64,000 nt of DNA, from assembly GCA_000708835.1 (NCBI GenBank), contig DF237166.1:1-64000 (forward strand), in the 5' to 3' direction. This DNA is from Klebsormidium nitens. Its lineage: Eukaryota > Plantae > Klebsormidiophyceae. The number at the start of each line of letters is the position of its first letter. Position 1 is the first letter of the stretch. Below are positions 60,201 through 64,000 of the stretch, in pieces. A program made the translations under genes and the position numbers. A model generated the notes under the pieces. The model was not told the origin of the DNA. It worked only from the letters and a program-made list of their open reading frames with translations, and ran no database searches.

Positions 60201-63200
60201 GCATGCTCTGGCGGGCGGCGACCAAGGACGGGGGTTTGAGGCACGTGACGGGATGCCTCTTTCTGCTTCTTCCATTCTGGTCCGGTCGTACGAGCGTTTA
60301 TGGCCTCACTGTTACTGTATAGAGTTGCAGGCTGTCGCTTTCGCACTTGATGCGATATCGAATCTCGTCGGGTTCTTTTTTCAACGCCTCGAAGAAACGG
60401 CGGATTGTGGCTTTCCCCAACCTTATTGAGTCCTTGATTTGTCAGCGTTCGTTAGGTCCTAAGCCGGTTGCCGCGAGGTCTCTCACTTACGATTTCTATT
60501 CCTTGTCGCCTTCCATCTTGAGCGTTTGTAGAACGTTTCGGTTGTTCGATTTGCGAGGGTACTTTTGGGACTTTACTCCAGTCTTTCCGTTTGCTTAAGG
60601 CTTTGGATGACCATTATTATTGACGAAGTGCAGAACGAAACTTTACACACCTCTTCCTCCGAAGCAACCAATTTGTCTCTTAGCATCCCCAAACGACACT
60701 GAAATTGTCCTTATACTCCGTTCCTGTCGTCTCGTTCTCATAGCGGTTTCAGCATCGTCAAAGTACTCATCAAAACTCGTCTTGGCAACTCATCCTGTCT
60801 AGCAAAGAAAAGTAACGATTGAACAAAGTAGTCTTTACTCTTTTGCAGCCCCAGGGTGATCTGCAGAACCCGTCGCAGCTGGCCGACTTTGCCGCCGCCA
60901 ACACGTCTTCGGAAGCAGAGTCGATCCAGGCGGTCCTGGAAGAGTTGGACGTTCCGAAGCGGCTCGAGATGGCGCTGCTCATGCTCAAGAAGGAATTGGA
61001 GCTCAGCAAATTGCAGGTGAGTGCCTTAATGGTTGGGTTGTGGAATTTCGTCGGAGAGCGAGCGTGAATCGCATAACCAGGACACACATCCACTGCTTAC
61101 TCATTACAGAGAAAGCGTCATCATGCAGACCAAAATATTCGAGGACCATAACACCTCAGCGACTAGAGAGTGCGTAGATTGGCAAACCGCTGAGGCGAGT
61201 CTGAAGATGCAGTTTGGTCCGTTAGATGATAGAAGCTCTCGGGACTTGAAATAATCAGCCCGCGTTGGATTTCTACGGAGTGCTTTGTGTAATGTTTGAT
61301 TCGAGGGCGGACGGGTGAGAGAAGGTGGAAGCGAAGATTCAGAGCGAGCAGCGACATTTCTCGGAGGCAACCAACGTCTGTCAGTTTTCATCTGTGATGT
61401 TACCATTTCAAGGAGATTTAAAGACGCTGTTTTCCCTTGTGTTTCAGGCGGACATTGGGAAGAAGGTGGAGGAGAAGATCCAGGGCGACCAGCGGCGCTA
61501 CTTTTTGCTGGAGCAGCTCAAGAGCATCAAGAAGGAGCTGGGCATTGAGCGCGACGACAAGACGGCGCTCATCGCCAAGTTCGAGGAGAAGCTCGCGCCC
61601 TTCCGCGCCAGCTGCCCGCCGCAGGTGCTACAGGTGAGGGGCCAAGGTTCTACATTCTCGAAAATTCAAGGTGTTGGTTTTTGGTGCTCGGGGTTTCCAT
61701 AAGTAAGTCGAAGTAGTGTTGACGGTTTTTGGGGCTCATCACCGAGTTCAGGGGAAGTTTCTGTAATCGAAGCGCTTCAGCATTTCGCACCAACTACAAG
61801 TTACGTGTCTGTACCGACAGTCCCAATCCCTGGCAAGTTGTGCCTCGCTTGGAGGCCAGAAACCGCATTCCCGAGGCGAAGAGCAATCTCGTCGACCCGA
61901 AGATTATTGTAAGGATGCAGTTTTCTGGAGTGAGGACGGGACGGTTGACGGCCAGCGTAATTCCCGCATCGATTCTTGTATCGCATGCGTAGTTCGATGT
62001 GCTAAAGTCGGTGACTTGAAACAAGGAGAGTGTTCATACTCGACATAGCAGCGTCTTTCAGACAGCGGGCTCCTTGCGGCGTCTGCTTGAGATGGTCCGG
62101 TGAGAACCGAAGTGCAGTTTCCACCTTTCACATTCCCGTGTCCGAGCCCTCGCTTACAGGCCTTCTAGCCCTGCGTTCTCATTTCCTTATCCGCTGTGTT
62201 CCGGTTCTGCTGTGCAGGTGATTGAGGAGGAGACGGAAAAGCTACAGGGCCTGGAGCCGAGCAGCTCCGAGTTCAACGTCACGCGCAACTACCTCGACTG
62301 GCTGACATCAGTGCCCTGGGGGCACCACAGGTGAGAAGATTCTGCGAAGAGCTTATATACTGTCTCACTTTGTCTGTTGGAACTGTTCTCATCAAATCTG
62401 TGGTTCTGTCGCTGGTCTTTGTTGTCGAGATATTATTTCCGCAGCGATGAGGCGCTTCCGGTCCTTTTGCTTTACAAAATGCTGAACCGTCACCTTGACC
62501 GGCGGTTGCAGCAAGTTTGCCTCCATTTTCCTTGACTACGAGTAACCGTCTCTCATCTCTAGCAGTCTCCAACTCTACTCATGTGTCATCGCTAACCTCT
62601 CCAAACCCGTCTTAACAATCCGAGACCTTCGTAAGTCTCTTCCCGACCACTAATGATCTTCAAATCTATTCTTACAGCAAGGAGAACTTCGACGTCCGGC
62701 AGGCGCAGCAGATCCTGGACCAGGACCACTACGGCTTGACTGACGTCAAGGTGAGGCTGGCCCCTTCTCCTGCGTAACTTCTTTGATTTGACGTCAATTT
62801 CAAGCGTTGATCCATTGCCAACTGCCCTTTTCGTTCTTGTTCTGACATCCCTTCGGACATTCCCAGAAGCGCTTTGTATTTTTGCAAGGCTCTGCAGACC
62901 ATGTTGCGTTATCGGGTTCCCGGCTTTGCGAACAGCAACCTGTTGGGATAGCCCGGACGCTTCTCTGCTTCTCCTCATATTCATCCCTTTTTTGAAAAGC
63001 GATGCCCCTTTCGACGTCCACGTGCATGATGCGGGTGGATAGCATGATGGTTTCAAAATCGTCTTCGTCCCAGTCTCAGCATTCCTCGTGGGCTCTGCTA
63101 GAGGTTCATTTGGCAGACTGGGAGGACGAAGAGTGTGTATTGGTCGTTGTGCTGTCTCGGTGTCAGGGCAATAAGAGCGAATTGTTGAGCCGTCTCCTAC

Positions 63201-63564
63201 TCAAAAAGCGTGCTGTGGCGAAGTTTCCGCTTGTCTCACTTGCGGTCAATCGCTTTTCTTCTTAGCCTCTCAACGCGGAAAGGTCGACAGGTATGCGTCA
63301 CTGACTCTCGACCGCCCACATCTAGACTTAGCCAACTCTCGATCGGAGTCTCTTAAGTTTCAGCACCCCCTACGTTGCCAGGAGCGTATTCTCGAGTTCA
63401 TCGCTGTGGGCAAACTGAGGGGGTCGTCTCAGGGCAAGATCATTTGCTTGTCGGGCCCTCCCGGGACGGGAAAGACCAGCATCGGCCGCAGCATCGCGCA
63501 CGCGCTCAACAGGAAGTTCTATCGCTTCAGCGTCGGGGGGCTGAGCGACGTGGCAGAGATCAAG
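57219..63564 (+). CDS. LON1: Mitochondrial ATP-dependent Lon protease (partial; continues beyond window)
   Basis: Presequence-like N-terminus. LON N-domain ([30 protein letters not shown]), [73 protein letters not shown], and Walker [16 protein letters not shown] followed by [13 protein letters not shown]. Exons at 57219-~58115, ~58635-58850, ~59459-59644, ~60849-61016, 61449-61633, 62218-62330, 62678-62750 and 63381-63564. Confidence 0.97.
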
Positions 63565-64000
63565 GTAAACGTACCCCCCTTGACGGGTGGATTTGCATTT
63601 ACATCTTGGTGTAGGCGTAGTAAGTAATGCATCTTAGATTTGGAACACTGGAAGACGACTTGTTTGAGTTCGCTGCCTCTTATCTGTCAGACGCTCGCTT
63701 CGTTATCGACGACTTGACTGACAACGAGCCGAGAGGGGGTAACGTCGCCCATTTATCAGATTAGCTATGAAGCAAGCGTACGGGATTGTGTGGGAAGTTA
63801 CGAGCATGATTGCCCGTCACGAAGGAAAAGTAAGAGCTCCGGTAGTCTGCAAGCTCAAACACGCTGTGCTGAGAGGCCATCCGCCAAGCTAAGACGCTTC
63901 GCTTGCAGAATGCCTCTCTGTGACAAAAAGTCCTCTTGAGCTTGTTGCGACAGTAACTCCAACCTAGTTCTCAGGATCCTCAAGAGGTCTCTTCTTAACG

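Overview
Intron-rich, GC-rich eukaryotic nuclear DNA. By inference it is a streptophyte green alga (Klebsormidium-like): plant-type proteins, GTGAG/GTGCG donors, TGCAG acceptors. Most six-frame ORFs are antisense or intronic noise, so genes were rebuilt exon by exon by hand. Nine genes were found: (1) a low-complexity protein with an RFX/D5-like winged-helix domain (+); (2) a LisH-CTLH-CRA (GID8/RanBPM-like) protein (-); (3) an ADA3/NGG1-like SAGA subunit (+) with two apparent homopolymer frameshifts; (4) cytosolic pyruvate kinase (-); (5) a GOT1 vesicle-transport protein (-); (6) an unknown multi-TM protein (-); (7) an At1g53645-like mitochondrial protein (-); (8) a SUVH SRA-SET H3K9 methyltransferase (-); (9) mitochondrial Lon protease (+, runs off the window). 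There is also a MITE-like insertion and a possible degraded Penelope-like RT. The most striking observation is that the pyruvate kinase gene carries two consecutive pairs of intact, same-length, same-phase duplicated exons spanning the active site (72+72 nt and 90+90 nt). They are separated by 71- and 76-nt introns and differ mostly at synonymous positions, as expected for mutually exclusive exons (up to 4 isoforms). Six of the nine genes also contain degenerate tandem copies (echoes) of their own splice junctions inside introns, up to 4 extra copies. This suggests a recurrent junction-duplication process, of which the PK exon pairs may be the functional end product.
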